NCBI GenBank assembly: GCA_041550515.1
Contig: JBFEOQ010000001.1
Location: 50,998 to 114,997, forward strand
Reading direction: 5' to 3'
DNA: 64,000 bases
Source of the DNA: Thermoplasmatota archaeon
Lineage (GTDB): Archaea > Thermoplasmatota > E2 > DHVEG-1
The notes beneath the pieces were generated by a model. The model searched no databases. It worked only from the letters and a program-made list of their open reading frames with translations, and was not told the DNA's origin. Made by a program: the position numbers and the translations under genes. Shown here piece by piece: positions 39,801-49,415 of this stretch (position 1 is its first letter; each line of letters starts with the position of its first letter).

Positions 39801-39938
39801 ATAGAGGCTTGAAACTAGAAGGATTTCTCTTACTTTAAAAGGCATTAAATTATGGAATGCTTTGATTGTATGATCTAACCTACTTTCATCGTTTTTTTCT
39901 ATCTTTGAAATATCAAGACAAGAATTTTCTGGTTCCAT
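36888..39938 (-). CDS. Receiver-domain / PEP-synthase-type ATP-grasp (PPDK_N) fusion protein, function unknown
   Basis: Receiver-like regions (YDLVITM; IIVIEDS...GIISD...LQS...K); GGKGRG, AIRSSSLLED...FAG.Y.TY, EIEFA, QIRP; C-terminal QGTHFF; no pyruvate-binding barrel. Confidence 0.85.
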   Translation of the reverse strand: MEPENSCLDISKIEKNDESRLDHTIKAFHNLMPFKVREILLVSSLYDAFIVEEEGLISELVIEEYRHLLLSSPPRVTHVTSGDEALSKVKTRKYDLVITMSKNIGMNPFDFGKKIKKECPDLPIIILATDTADLHTCQEHVNEEGINKAFFWYGDTSLFIAIVKYVEDQINVKYDTINGNVQIIIVIEDSIHDYSTLLPVIYSEIVQQTQRSISDDLNEMQRLLRRRARPKILLANNYEEGIELYKKYKNYILGIISDVNFFRNGKLDPKAGYDLIQYVKKDNPFVPAMLQSTNPKNRETVEEMGVFFINKNSPTLMQDFDQFLLEHLGFGDFVFLLPINEDKNRVTDKKNHKRTKEIARASNLKEFEKILKKLPIESIRFHANRNNFSNWLMARGEFKLARKLRPQKVTDFQTLDEMRKYLVAVFNESRRERHLGVMTDLIHQKFEFDSSYTKVGGDSLGGKGRGIAFIRTLLSRYNLHQKYPDIKITVPSTVAISTDEFDRFISDNKLYSFVNNNKDMPDSEIAKHFIKGKLSNDLKQKLTIVLKHFKKPLAIRSSSLLEDSQNYPFAGMYSTYMLPNSNKDINKRLEHLNNAIKLVYASVFYKEAKAYIESTSAKIEEEKMAVIIQELIGSNYDGRFYPTFSGVAQSYNYYPVSYQRREEGIVSVAVGLGYSVVGGEKVLRFSPNHPEIIPDFSTPEMIMENTQRELYILNTKKQNFSLTEKEKSTLEKISISDIVVDGVLDNIASSYDRDDHMIRDSFSKKGPHLITFAGILKFNTFPLAKILKDILEAGQKSMGNPVEIEFAVDIDPNNKKPPTFAIIQIRPLIISQEQDHITWHEKETRKENVLIHSTKSLGNGLFNFIHDIIYVPPNSFDSSQTIKIADQIGKINRKLVEKQTHYILIGPGRWGTQDKWLGIPVTWSQISNVKVMVETALKNFNIKPTQGTHFFQNIISRGIGYINTTLNPRESFIDWEWLNYQKAEIELDYVKHIRLEKPLVIKFNGRTGHALVLKYD

Positions 39939-40025
39939 AATTTTCCTAATAATTTGAATAAATAACGGTGATAATAAGTTTTGGAATAAGAATAAAAAAG
40001 AGATGAAGTTAATTTTTATTTTTCT

Positions 40026-41405
<1,380 letters not shown>

Positions 41406-41435
41406 TTATTAATACTTTGTTGTCAAAAATTATTA

Positions 41436-41457
41436 ACTTAAATTATAAAATTTAAGT
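41436..41457. promoter_or_regulatory. Inverted repeat in the gdhA/glnA divergent promoter region
   Basis: ACTTAAATT-ATAA-AATTTAAGT (perfect 9-bp arms). AT-rich, so it may be chance. Confidence 0.3.
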
Positions 41458-41527
41458 AGGTTTTAATAATTAAATTCTATTCCAAAAAGTAGATTTTATT
41501 TGCCATCTTAAATGAGGAGGTTAAGGA

Positions 41528-42868
41528 TTGATGGAAAACAAGAGCTACACTAAAAAAGAAATTTTAGACATTATAAAAAAAGAAAAAGTTATATTTGTTA
41601 GACTACAGTTCATTGATATCCTAGGAATGCCAAAAAACATTGTCATTCCGCCAGAACGTTTAGACGAAGCTTTAGAAAAAGGTATTCCCTTTGATGGTTC
41701 ATCAATTGCAGGATATGCAACAATTGAAGAATCGGATAAAATCGCATTACCCGATCCAAATAGTTTCATTATCCTCCCAGAAGAAATTGAAAAAAGAAAA
41801 ACAGCAAAACTAAACTGTGATATATATGAACCAAATGGTAGGCGCTTTGAAGGTGATACAAAATATGCTCTAGAAAAAATGATTCAAAGAGCCAATAAAG
41901 TTGGTTATAAATTTAATGTTGGACCTGAATGTGAATTTTTCTTATTTAAAAAAGAAAATGATGAATATGTCACTATTCCAAACGATGCTGCAGGTTATTT
42001 TGATTTATCACATCGGGATCTCGCAGAAGGTGTACGAGCAGATATATGCCTAGCATTAGATGCATTGGGTATACAAACATATACCAGTCATCATGAGGTT
42101 TCTAAAGGACAGCATGAAATAAACTTTCATTATAATGATGGCATTACAGTTGCAGATCACATTATAACTCTAAAATATGTTACAAAAGTTATTGCAAAAA
42201 AACACAATTTACACGCAAGTTTTATGCCAAAACCAATTTTTGATTTAAATGGCTCCGGAATGCATACACATCTTAGCCTTTTTACGCAAAAAGGTGAAAA
42301 TGCTTTTTATGATTCTAAAGATAAAAATCAATTAAGCAAAACTGCCCGCTATTTTATAGGAGGACTACTAGAACATATCAAAGAAATTACTGCAATTCTT
42401 AACCCAACTGTTAACTCATATAAAAGATTAGTTCCCGGTCATGAAGCACCAACATATATATCATGGGCTAATCGAAACCGCAGTGCCCTTATTAGAATTC
42501 CAACGGGTAGAGGCGATAGCACACGTTGTGAACTACGCAGCCCTGATCTTTCAGGTAACCCTTATCTACAGTTTGCAGTCATGCTAACAGCAGGGCTTAA
42601 AGGAATAGAAAAGAAAATTTTACCTCCAGAACCTGTAGAAAAGAATATTTACACCTTATCACTAAAAGAAAAAGAAAAATATAATATTCATCATCTACCA
42701 GAAAGTCTTGGACATGCTCTGGAATTTATGGAGAAAAGTCCTCTTTTAAAAGAAGTTTTAGGTGAACATATTTTTAATACCTTCTTATATGTAAAACGAA
42801 AAGAATGGGAGAAATATAGAAAACAAATTACACAATGGGAAATCGAAAAATACCTACCCATTATTTAA
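41528..42868 (+). CDS. glnA: Glutamine synthetase type I
   Basis: FDGSSI.G, GPE.EFFLF, HHEV..GQHEI, FMPKP....NGSGMH.H, SYKRLVPG.EAP, NRSALIR.P, ELRSPD; SD GAGGAGG. Confidence 0.97.
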   Translation: MMENKSYTKKEILDIIKKEKVIFVRLQFIDILGMPKNIVIPPERLDEALEKGIPFDGSSIAGYATIEESDKIALPDPNSFIILPEEIEKRKTAKLNCDIYEPNGRRFEGDTKYALEKMIQRANKVGYKFNVGPECEFFLFKKENDEYVTIPNDAAGYFDLSHRDLAEGVRADICLALDALGIQTYTSHHEVSKGQHEINFHYNDGITVADHIITLKYVTKVIAKKHNLHASFMPKPIFDLNGSGMHTHLSLFTQKGENAFYDSKDKNQLSKTARYFIGGLLEHIKEITAILNPTVNSYKRLVPGHEAPTYISWANRNRSALIRIPTGRGDSTRCELRSPDLSGNPYLQFAVMLTAGLKGIEKKILPPEPVEKNIYTLSLKEKEKYNIHHLPESLGHALEFMEKSPLLKEVLGEHIFNTFLYVKRKEWEKYRKQITQWEIEKYLPII

Positions 42869-42960
42869 GTCATTTTCTTTGTTTTTTATTTTATCATGTA
42901 TTCAAAATTAAGCAATGTTTTTAACTTCATTATATATTATCTTTTTATGAGGATGATAGT

Positions 42961-43407
42961 ATGAGCTTTGAAATGCAAATTGTAAGCAATACTCCTCTTA
43001 TTGGAGAGGATGACCCTGAAATTGTAGCAAAAAAATTTTTTGAACAAATTGGCTACCTTTCAAAAGGTAGTGACCCAGATATTCCTTTTAAAATTTTTAA
43101 TGACTTTTTTATAAAACACCCTAATAAAGCATGGTATGTAGAAGAAATTTCAACTGAACTCAATACATCTAAACCTACCGTTTATAGACATTTAAATAAA
43201 CTAAAAGGTTTTGATATACTTGAAGAAGTTCAAGTACTTGATGAATCTACTCAACAAAATAAAAAAGCATATCGTCTAAGATATGGTAACATTCAAAAAG
43301 CTTGGAACTTTGTTGAAGCACACTTAAAAGTGGCTATTGAAAATTATGCAAAAACAGTAGAACATTTACAAACTCTTACTGAAAAACAAAGGAAGAATAT
43401 AAAATGA
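42961..43407 (+). CDS. Winged-helix (ArsR/TrmB-like) transcriptional regulator
   Basis: HTH segment VEEISTELNTSKPTVYRHLNKL, wing ending in KKAYRLR. Confidence 0.7.
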   Translation: MSFEMQIVSNTPLIGEDDPEIVAKKFFEQIGYLSKGSDPDIPFKIFNDFFIKHPNKAWYVEEISTELNTSKPTVYRHLNKLKGFDILEEVQVLDESTQQNKKAYRLRYGNIQKAWNFVEAHLKVAIENYAKTVEHLQTLTEKQRKNIK

Positions 43408-43691
43408 ATAATGAAAAATATAAATTAGAATTAACTGAAGGATCAATATATAAAATTACAACTATAGGAGGACGTGATAAACTAATTGAAACAGAAGGTA
43501 CCTTCAAAGGTTTTATATCAATTGGTGTAGACGAAACAGGACTTTTAATAGAACTTAGTAAACATCATGGTAATATGGCAGGTAAGATACGAATTATACC
43601 ACTTCATGTCATACTCCTAATAGATGTAGTAGCTGCAAAAGAAAATAATAAAAAAGAAGACTATAAAGGAATGTCACATTACGTAGGATAG
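43404..43691 (+). CDS. Hypothetical small beta-rich protein (possibly Sm/SH3-like)
   Basis: Overlaps the regulator stop (ATGA); pattern E.EG.F.G...RIIP...I..I. Confidence 0.6.
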   Translation: MNNEKYKLELTEGSIYKITTIGGRDKLIETEGTFKGFISIGVDETGLLIELSKHHGNMAGKIRIIPLHVILLIDVVAAKENNKKEDYKGMSHYVG

Positions 43692-44053
43692 TATGTTTCG
43701 GAGTTTATATTTTAAATGATTATTATTTACATTAGTTAATTATAAAAATACTAAAAACTCATTTTAAAACAATTGATTTAATATTTTCTTAAAAAATTAT
43801 AAAACTTTAAATGTGAAAAAAGCCATTCAATTTCTTAGGGGGAATTTGGTGGACCAAGTATATGGTAAAGGATGGGTCTTCCGTTTCCGATTCCTAAAAT
43901 GTAACTTAGTGTTTGGGATTTGAGGGGAGCCAAATGCGATTTACATCATTATACAATAAACAAAAAAAAATAAAAAAAACGCCCGATTCCCCCTTCAAAT
44001 TTATTATCTTTTAGTTATACTTATTTAAATGAATCAAGTGTAATTTTTAATTA

Positions 44054-45310
44054 TTAAATTAATCTGGTTTGTCCTTGAAATTTATATTTAGTAAGGTTTT
44101 CAAAAATTTCGTCTTCTCTTAAAATATCTTCAATATCCTCTAAAGAAGATGAAACTTTAATATCACGAGTACGACCATATCGTCCTTTAGAAATAACACG
44201 AGCAGTAATAATCCCAAGCATATCCAATTCGCTTATAAGATCTGCAACTCGTCGTTGTGAAATTGTATCTGTTCTTGCTTTCTTTGAAAGATTTTTGTAA
44301 ATGTTATATACTTCCCCAGTTGTTATAGCACCTGTTGCTCCAGTTTTTTTATTATGTTGCTCCTGTAAAAGTATTGAAAGAAGTATAAGTTTTGATTGCG
44401 TCGGAAGTGTTCGTATTACTTCCATGATACGATCGATTTCAATTTTATTCTGAGCTAAACTGACATGTTTTTTTGTTATACGAGAAGATTTGTTTCTTTC
44501 TGCAAGTTCAGCACTCATCCTTAAAAGATCAAGGGCTCTTCGTGCATCACCATGCTCCTGCGCTGCTAACGCACTACACAAAGGAATAACTTCACTATCA
44601 ATAGAATCTAACTTAAAAGCAATCTCTACACGTTGTCTAAGGATATCCTGAAGTTCGCTGGCATCATAAGGTGGAAAAATCATACTCTCTTCACCAAGAC
44701 TTGACTTTACACGAGGATCTAAAAATTCAGTATACTTTAAATCATTTGATAATCCTACTATACTAACCTTTGCTTTCTTTAAATCCGTGTTTATTCTTGA
44801 AAGATTATAAAGAGCTTCATCACCTTTAAGCTTATCTACCTCATCAAGAATAATTACGGTTACGCCTCCTTCTTTTTCTATCATCATTTTTAATTTAGAA
44901 TATACTTCATCAGTTGGCCATCCTGTAAAAGGTATACGTTCACTCCATTCATTTATAAAATGATTTGCAATGTTTTGTAAAACACGATAATGGGTATCAA
45001 CTACCTCGCAATTAATATAAATAAAATTTACTTTTTTATTGATTTGTTTTCCTTTTTCAAGTAATTCTTTACCAACAAATTTTGTGACAGCTGTTTTTCC
45101 CGTTCCCGTTTTACCATAAATAAAAACATTACTAGGGGTTTCATTGCGTAAAGCTGGAACAAGCACATTTGCAAGATTATTTATTTCTTTTTCTCTATGT
45201 GGAAGCAATTCCGGCATATATGTTGGTCTCATTGCTTCACGATTTATAAAAAGTCCGTCTTGACTTAATAATTGACCAAATATATCGACATTTAATGTTT
45301 TTTTAGACGT
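44054..45310 (-). CDS. cdc6: Cdc6/Orc1 replication initiator, probable ACG start
   Basis: P..LPHRE, YGKTGTGKT, ILDEVD, LDPRVKSSL, HGDARRALDLLR, GRYGRT. Frame continues upstream of the track ATG (45232) through IF...LFINREA to ACG 45310-45308, 8 nt after GGAGGT. Confidence 0.95.
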   Translation of the reverse strand, partial: TSKKTLNVDIFGQLLSQDGLFINREAMRPTYMPELLPHREKEINNLANVLVPALRNETPSNVFIYGKTGTGKTAVTKFVGKELLEKGKQINKKVNFIYINCEVVDTHYRVLQNIANHFINEWSERIPFTGWPTDEVYSKLKMMIEKEGGVTVIILDEVDKLKGDEALYNLSRINTDLKKAKVSIVGLSNDLKYTEFLDPRVKSSLGEESMIFPPYDASELQDILRQRVEIAFKLDSIDSEVIPLCSALAAQEHGDARRALDLLRMSAELAERNKSSRITKKHVSLAQNKIEIDRIMEVIRTLPTQSKLILLSILLQEQHNKKTGATGAITTGEVYNIYKNLSKKARTDTISQRRVADLISELDMLGIITARVISKGRYGRTRDIKVSSSLEDIEDILREDEIFENLTKYKFQGQTRLI

Positions 45311-45421
45311 AAAAAATAACCTCCGAGGGTCAGTGTAATCAACAGTTCTATATAAAAAGTTATTTAAAAAAATTAAATTTTTTTTATCTTAATTACTCCT
45401 GTAAAATACTAACAAGACCAA

Positions 45422-45606
45422 GGCCTTTATTTCCAATGGAAAAATTTTATTAGATCATCTTCATTTTTAAATTTTTTTAAAAATATAATATTAAAAATGG
45501 AAGAATTAAAATACTGAAAATTTTATAACCTTATGGGTTTACTTATCGTCTAATCTTTTATGGAAGTCTATTTACTTAAAATTAATTTCCACACGAAATA
45601 AGGGGG
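45422..45606. other. Putative chromosomal replication origin (oriC) with ORB-like boxes
   Basis: Minus-strand TTCCATTGGAAATAAAGG (45441-45424) and plus-strand TTCCACACGAAATAAGGGGG (45587-45606) flank an AT-rich spacer directly upstream of cdc6. Confidence 0.7.
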
Positions 45607-45690
45607 CCCCCCTTCTTTTTGTTATAAAAGTGTAAAACAACCAAAAATTGTATTATTAGAAAAGTAAGAATATTAATTTATATAAAATGT

Positions 45691-45930
45691 TTATTTACCA
45701 CCAATTATAATTACATCCTTTACAGATTTTATTGCATCAAATGGAAAAACAAGATGACCTTGTCCATCTAAATGATACAAACGTGGATCTACATCATCAG
45801 AAGGTTCAATTAGAACATTTGTAAGTTCTCCTGTTCTAACGTCAACGGTAGTATTTCTCATAATACCAAGATATAACCCTTCTTCAGTCATAACTGTTTT
45901 TCCTCTCAATTCATTTTCAGTTATTCTCAA
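45691..45930 (-). CDS. PRC-barrel domain protein
   Basis: ELRGK.V....G..LG......VD..TG.L.....P...FD.IKSVKDVIII; TTG after GGAGGA. Confidence 0.88.
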   Translation of the reverse strand: MRITENELRGKTVMTEEGLYLGIMRNTTVDVRTGELTNVLIEPSDDVDPRLYHLDGQGHLVFPFDAIKSVKDVIIIGGK

Positions 45931-45962
45931 TTTATTTTCCTCCTTTTTATATTATTTTAACT

Positions 45963-48173
45963 TTACATATATTGAATGTCTTTATCAGTTTTATCTTTTT
46001 TGGAAATACCACTACCAAGTGTTTCAGAGACTTTATTATAAAACTTAATAATATTGGGTGTAATAGATGCACGAACGCTCTCCAGAGCTTTATCAAAATG
46101 TATTTTTTTAACATTAGCTGCATTCTCATTTTCTCGTATAGTAAGCATTGCTGCTTCACGACATAAGGATTCAATGTCAGCACCAGAATAATTCTCTGTT
46201 ACATCAGCAAGATGTTTAATATCAACATCTTTTCCAAGAGGCATATTTTTTGTATGTATTTTAAAGATTTCTAAACGAGCTTCTTCATCTGGGGATGGAA
46301 TTAAAACTAGACGATCAAAACGTCCTGGCCTTAAAAGACTTGGATCAATAATATCAGGTCTATTGGTAGCACCTATTACAACCACACCCTCCATACTTTC
46401 AAGACCATCTATACTCGTAAGTAATTGGTTTACAACACTATCTGTTACATGACTTCCTGTATCTGTACCACGCATTGGTGCTATACTATCGAGTTCATCT
46501 AAAAATACTATGGTAGGTGCTACTTGACGTGCTTTTTTAAATAATTCACGAACTGCTTTTTCAGATTCGCCTACCCATTTACTCATAACTTCTGGACCTT
46601 TAATACTAATAAAATTTGCTTTAGATTCACTCGCAACAGCTTTTGCGAGAAGAGTTTTACCTGTACCAGGCGGTCCATAAAGTAAAACACCACGAGGTGG
46701 TGTTATTCCTAGTTTTTTAAAGGATTCTGGTTTTGTAAGAGGCCATTCAACTGCTTCCTGTAATTGTTGCTTAGCTATTTGAAGTCCACCAACATCTTCC
46801 CAGTTAATCTTTGGAATTTCAATGAGAAACTCACGCATAGCCGATGGTTCGATACCCCTATGAGCATTTTTAAAATCATCTGTAGTAACTTCCATTTTTT
46901 CAAGTATTTCAACAGGTATTGGTTTTTCTAGGTCAATTTCTGGTAAATATCTTCTAAGTGCATTCATAGCCGCTTCCCTAGCAAGGGCAGCAAGATCAGC
47001 ACCGACATATCCATACGTAAATTCTGCTAAATCCTCAAGTTTAATATTTTCTGCAAGGGGCATTCCACGAGTATGAATCTGTAATATTTCCTTTCGACCC
47101 TCTCTATCAGGCGCGGCAATTATAATTTCTCTATCAAAACGACCTGGGCGTCTAAGTGCAGGATCAAGAATATCTGGAAGATTAGTTGCACCTATTACAA
47201 TAAGTTTACCACGTCCTTTCAATCCATCCATAAGAGTAAGCATCTGAGATACAACACGTCGTTCTACCTCACCATGAACCTCAGATCTTTTTGGAGCAAT
47301 TGCATCTATTTCATCTATAAAGATAATACTAGGTGCATTTTTTTCAGCTTCTTCAAATATTTTTCTGAGATTTTCTTCACTCTGACCATAAAATTTTGAC
47401 ATAATTTCTGGACCGTTAATTGTGTAAAAATTTGCACCAGATTCATTTGCCACTGCTTTTGCAATTAGTGTTTTACCTGTTCCAGGTGGTCCATGTAAAA
47501 GAACCCCTTTTGGAGGGTCGATCCCAAGTCTATCAAAAAGTTCAGGATGTTTAAGAGGGAGTTCAATCATTTCACGGACTTTTAAAATTTCTTCATGTAG
47601 ACCACCAATGTCTTCATAGCTAACTCGTGGTCCTGCTTCCTCTTCAATTTGAGCTGCTTCTTCTTTTACTTTTATCTTTGTTAATTCACTAATTGAAACA
47701 ATACCATTTGGTGTAGTATTTATAATAATAAAAGGAAGACTGCTTCCGAATAAAGCTATCCCAGGTATTATTACACTATCGCCTTTTGTTAGAGGTCTTT
47801 TTAAAAGACCTTTTTTAATTAAGATATCTATACCGCTGCCAAACTGTATTTGTTGTCCTTTAGATATTAATGGTGCAATAGTCAATTCTTTTGCTTCTTT
47901 TACATCAGCTTTTTTAATTTTTACTCTTTCTCCAAGACCTGTTCCAGCGTTTTTTCTTGTTAAATTATCTATTCTTATTATTCCTTTTCCTTCATCAGTA
48001 GGATGCGCACGCCATACAACAGCTGCCGTTGTCTTCAAACCCTCTATCTCAATTACATCACCTATTGATAAATCTAGATTAACTCTTGTTTGATTATCTA
48101 TTCTTGCTCGTCCATATCCTACATCTTGTTGAAATGCTTCAGATATTTTCAAAACAGCCTCTCTTTGAACCAT
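45963..48173 (-). CDS. cdc48: CDC48/VCP (VAT) AAA+ ATPase
   Basis: N-domain, two AAA modules (GPPGTGKT twice, DEID/DELD, RPGRFDR twice); ends QYM. Confidence 0.96.
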   Translation of the reverse strand: MVQREAVLKISEAFQQDVGYGRARIDNQTRVNLDLSIGDVIEIEGLKTTAAVVWRAHPTDEGKGIIRIDNLTRKNAGTGLGERVKIKKADVKEAKELTIAPLISKGQQIQFGSGIDILIKKGLLKRPLTKGDSVIIPGIALFGSSLPFIIINTTPNGIVSISELTKIKVKEEAAQIEEEAGPRVSYEDIGGLHEEILKVREMIELPLKHPELFDRLGIDPPKGVLLHGPPGTGKTLIAKAVANESGANFYTINGPEIMSKFYGQSEENLRKIFEEAEKNAPSIIFIDEIDAIAPKRSEVHGEVERRVVSQMLTLMDGLKGRGKLIVIGATNLPDILDPALRRPGRFDREIIIAAPDREGRKEILQIHTRGMPLAENIKLEDLAEFTYGYVGADLAALAREAAMNALRRYLPEIDLEKPIPVEILEKMEVTTDDFKNAHRGIEPSAMREFLIEIPKINWEDVGGLQIAKQQLQEAVEWPLTKPESFKKLGITPPRGVLLYGPPGTGKTLLAKAVASESKANFISIKGPEVMSKWVGESEKAVRELFKKARQVAPTIVFLDELDSIAPMRGTDTGSHVTDSVVNQLLTSIDGLESMEGVVVIGATNRPDIIDPSLLRPGRFDRLVLIPSPDEEARLEIFKIHTKNMPLGKDVDIKHLADVTENYSGADIESLCREAAMLTIRENENAANVKKIHFDKALESVRASITPNIIKFYNKVSETLGSGISKKDKTDKDIQYM

Positions 48174-48292
48174 TTTAACACCCACCAAATTAAAGAGCAA
48201 TGTGTATTTTAACGCTAATAAAAGAAGAGGTTATTATATTTTTTCTGTGAAAGAACCAGAAATAAAAAAAATTTTATTATAATAAAGAATAT

Positions 48293-48784
48293 CTATAAAA
48301 AATTCCGTTGTATTTTTTCTAATATTTCTTTAAAATCAAGAGTATATTCTTTTCCAAGTAGTATTGCCGCTATTTCAGATGTTAGGTTTTTTTCTTTTTC
48401 TAATTCTTTTATTTGATTCAATATAGTTTTTTTATCAAGATTTGATTTATCAACAATTTTCTTAATAATGATCTCCAGAGTGTCTTCTTCTGGTTTTATT
48501 TGAACTATTTCTTTTTTTAACTCTTTTTGACTTAATACATTTTTTGGGGGATAATATCCGATAGGAATTCTGATTTTATCTACATCAAAATTAGGTTTTA
48601 GTACCTCTTTTTCTAACTTTAATAAATTATTTTCAATACTCTTTTGTGTAAACATTTTTGCATTATTAAGTGTAAACCATTTTAAATCCATTGATAATGA
48701 TAGATAAAATTCTGAAAAACTCATTTCTTTTTTACCTGCACGAGTATATAAAAACGCAATTATGATTTTATAATCATTATTCAT
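48293..48784 (-). CDS. DUF2240-family protein
   Basis: EF...LS.DLKWF....A, P.FD...I.IP.GY.P, E.AA.L. Confidence 0.75.
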   Translation of the reverse strand: MNNDYKIIIAFLYTRAGKKEMSFSEFYLSLSMDLKWFTLNNAKMFTQKSIENNLLKLEKEVLKPNFDVDKIRIPIGYYPPKNVLSQKELKKEIVQIKPEEDTLEIIIKKIVDKSNLDKKTILNQIKELEKEKNLTSEIAAILLGKEYTLDFKEILEKIQRNFL

Positions 48785-49347
48785 TTTTTTTTGAACTCCC
48801 AATATTTTGAGATATCTACAATAAAGCAACTCGGTTTAAATTTACTCCAATATTCAATATTTTTTTTATTATTTTCATAAATAACTGTGTTATAGTTGAT
48901 TAAAAGGTTTTTCATTACTTCCTCTTTTTTAAAGTCCTTTTCTAGTTCATCTCTGCTATAAAAAATTATTATACCATCAAAATTTTTTAATAAATAATCA
49001 TTAAAAATTTTTGATTGATCATTAACTTCTATGCTTGCATAGATTTTATTATCTGAAATTTCTCTAATACTTTCAAGTTTTATATATGAATAAAATATTT
49101 TACGTAAAGTAATTTTTATTGCTCCTGTCATAAAAACATCTACTATATCACCAAGTTTTCTAGGTGCATTATCTATCCAGAGTTGATATTTTTTTGAGAG
49201 TTTTTGATATATATTAAAATTTGATTTATCTTTTTCTATTCCATCTCGATCAATTACATAAAGTAATTGATCCTCCTTTAGTTTTTCAAGTAGTTCTAAA
49301 TTTTGAATTTTTTTGTTGACTATTGTTGTTAATGGTATGATTTCCAT
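48781..49347 (-). CDS. Divergent HisA/HisF-related barrel-like hypothetical protein
   Basis: LYVID.DGI.....N...YQ.LS....LWID..PR...DIVD.F..GA pattern; weak similarity. Confidence 0.5.
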   Translation of the reverse strand: MEIIPLTTIVNKKIQNLELLEKLKEDQLLYVIDRDGIEKDKSNFNIYQKLSKKYQLWIDNAPRKLGDIVDVFMTGAIKITLRKIFYSYIKLESIREISDNKIYASIEVNDQSKIFNDYLLKNFDGIIIFYSRDELEKDFKKEEVMKNLLINYNTVIYENNKKNIEYWSKFKPSCFIVDISKYWEFKKK

Positions 49348-49415
49348 TTCTTAAAGTAAACAAAATTTTGTTCTTTAATCTAACTCTAAAAAATTAAAAT
49401 ATTTTATATAAAAAT

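Noticed and set aside
36888..39938. Second PEP synthase
   Set aside because: Lacks the C-terminal pyruvate-binding barrel; a complete ppsA exists at 49416-51836.
45600..45620. AAGGGGGCCCCCCTT plus T-run as an intrinsic terminator
   Set aside because: Almost no loop, no plus-strand gene upstream, and the G-run is better explained as an ORB G-string.
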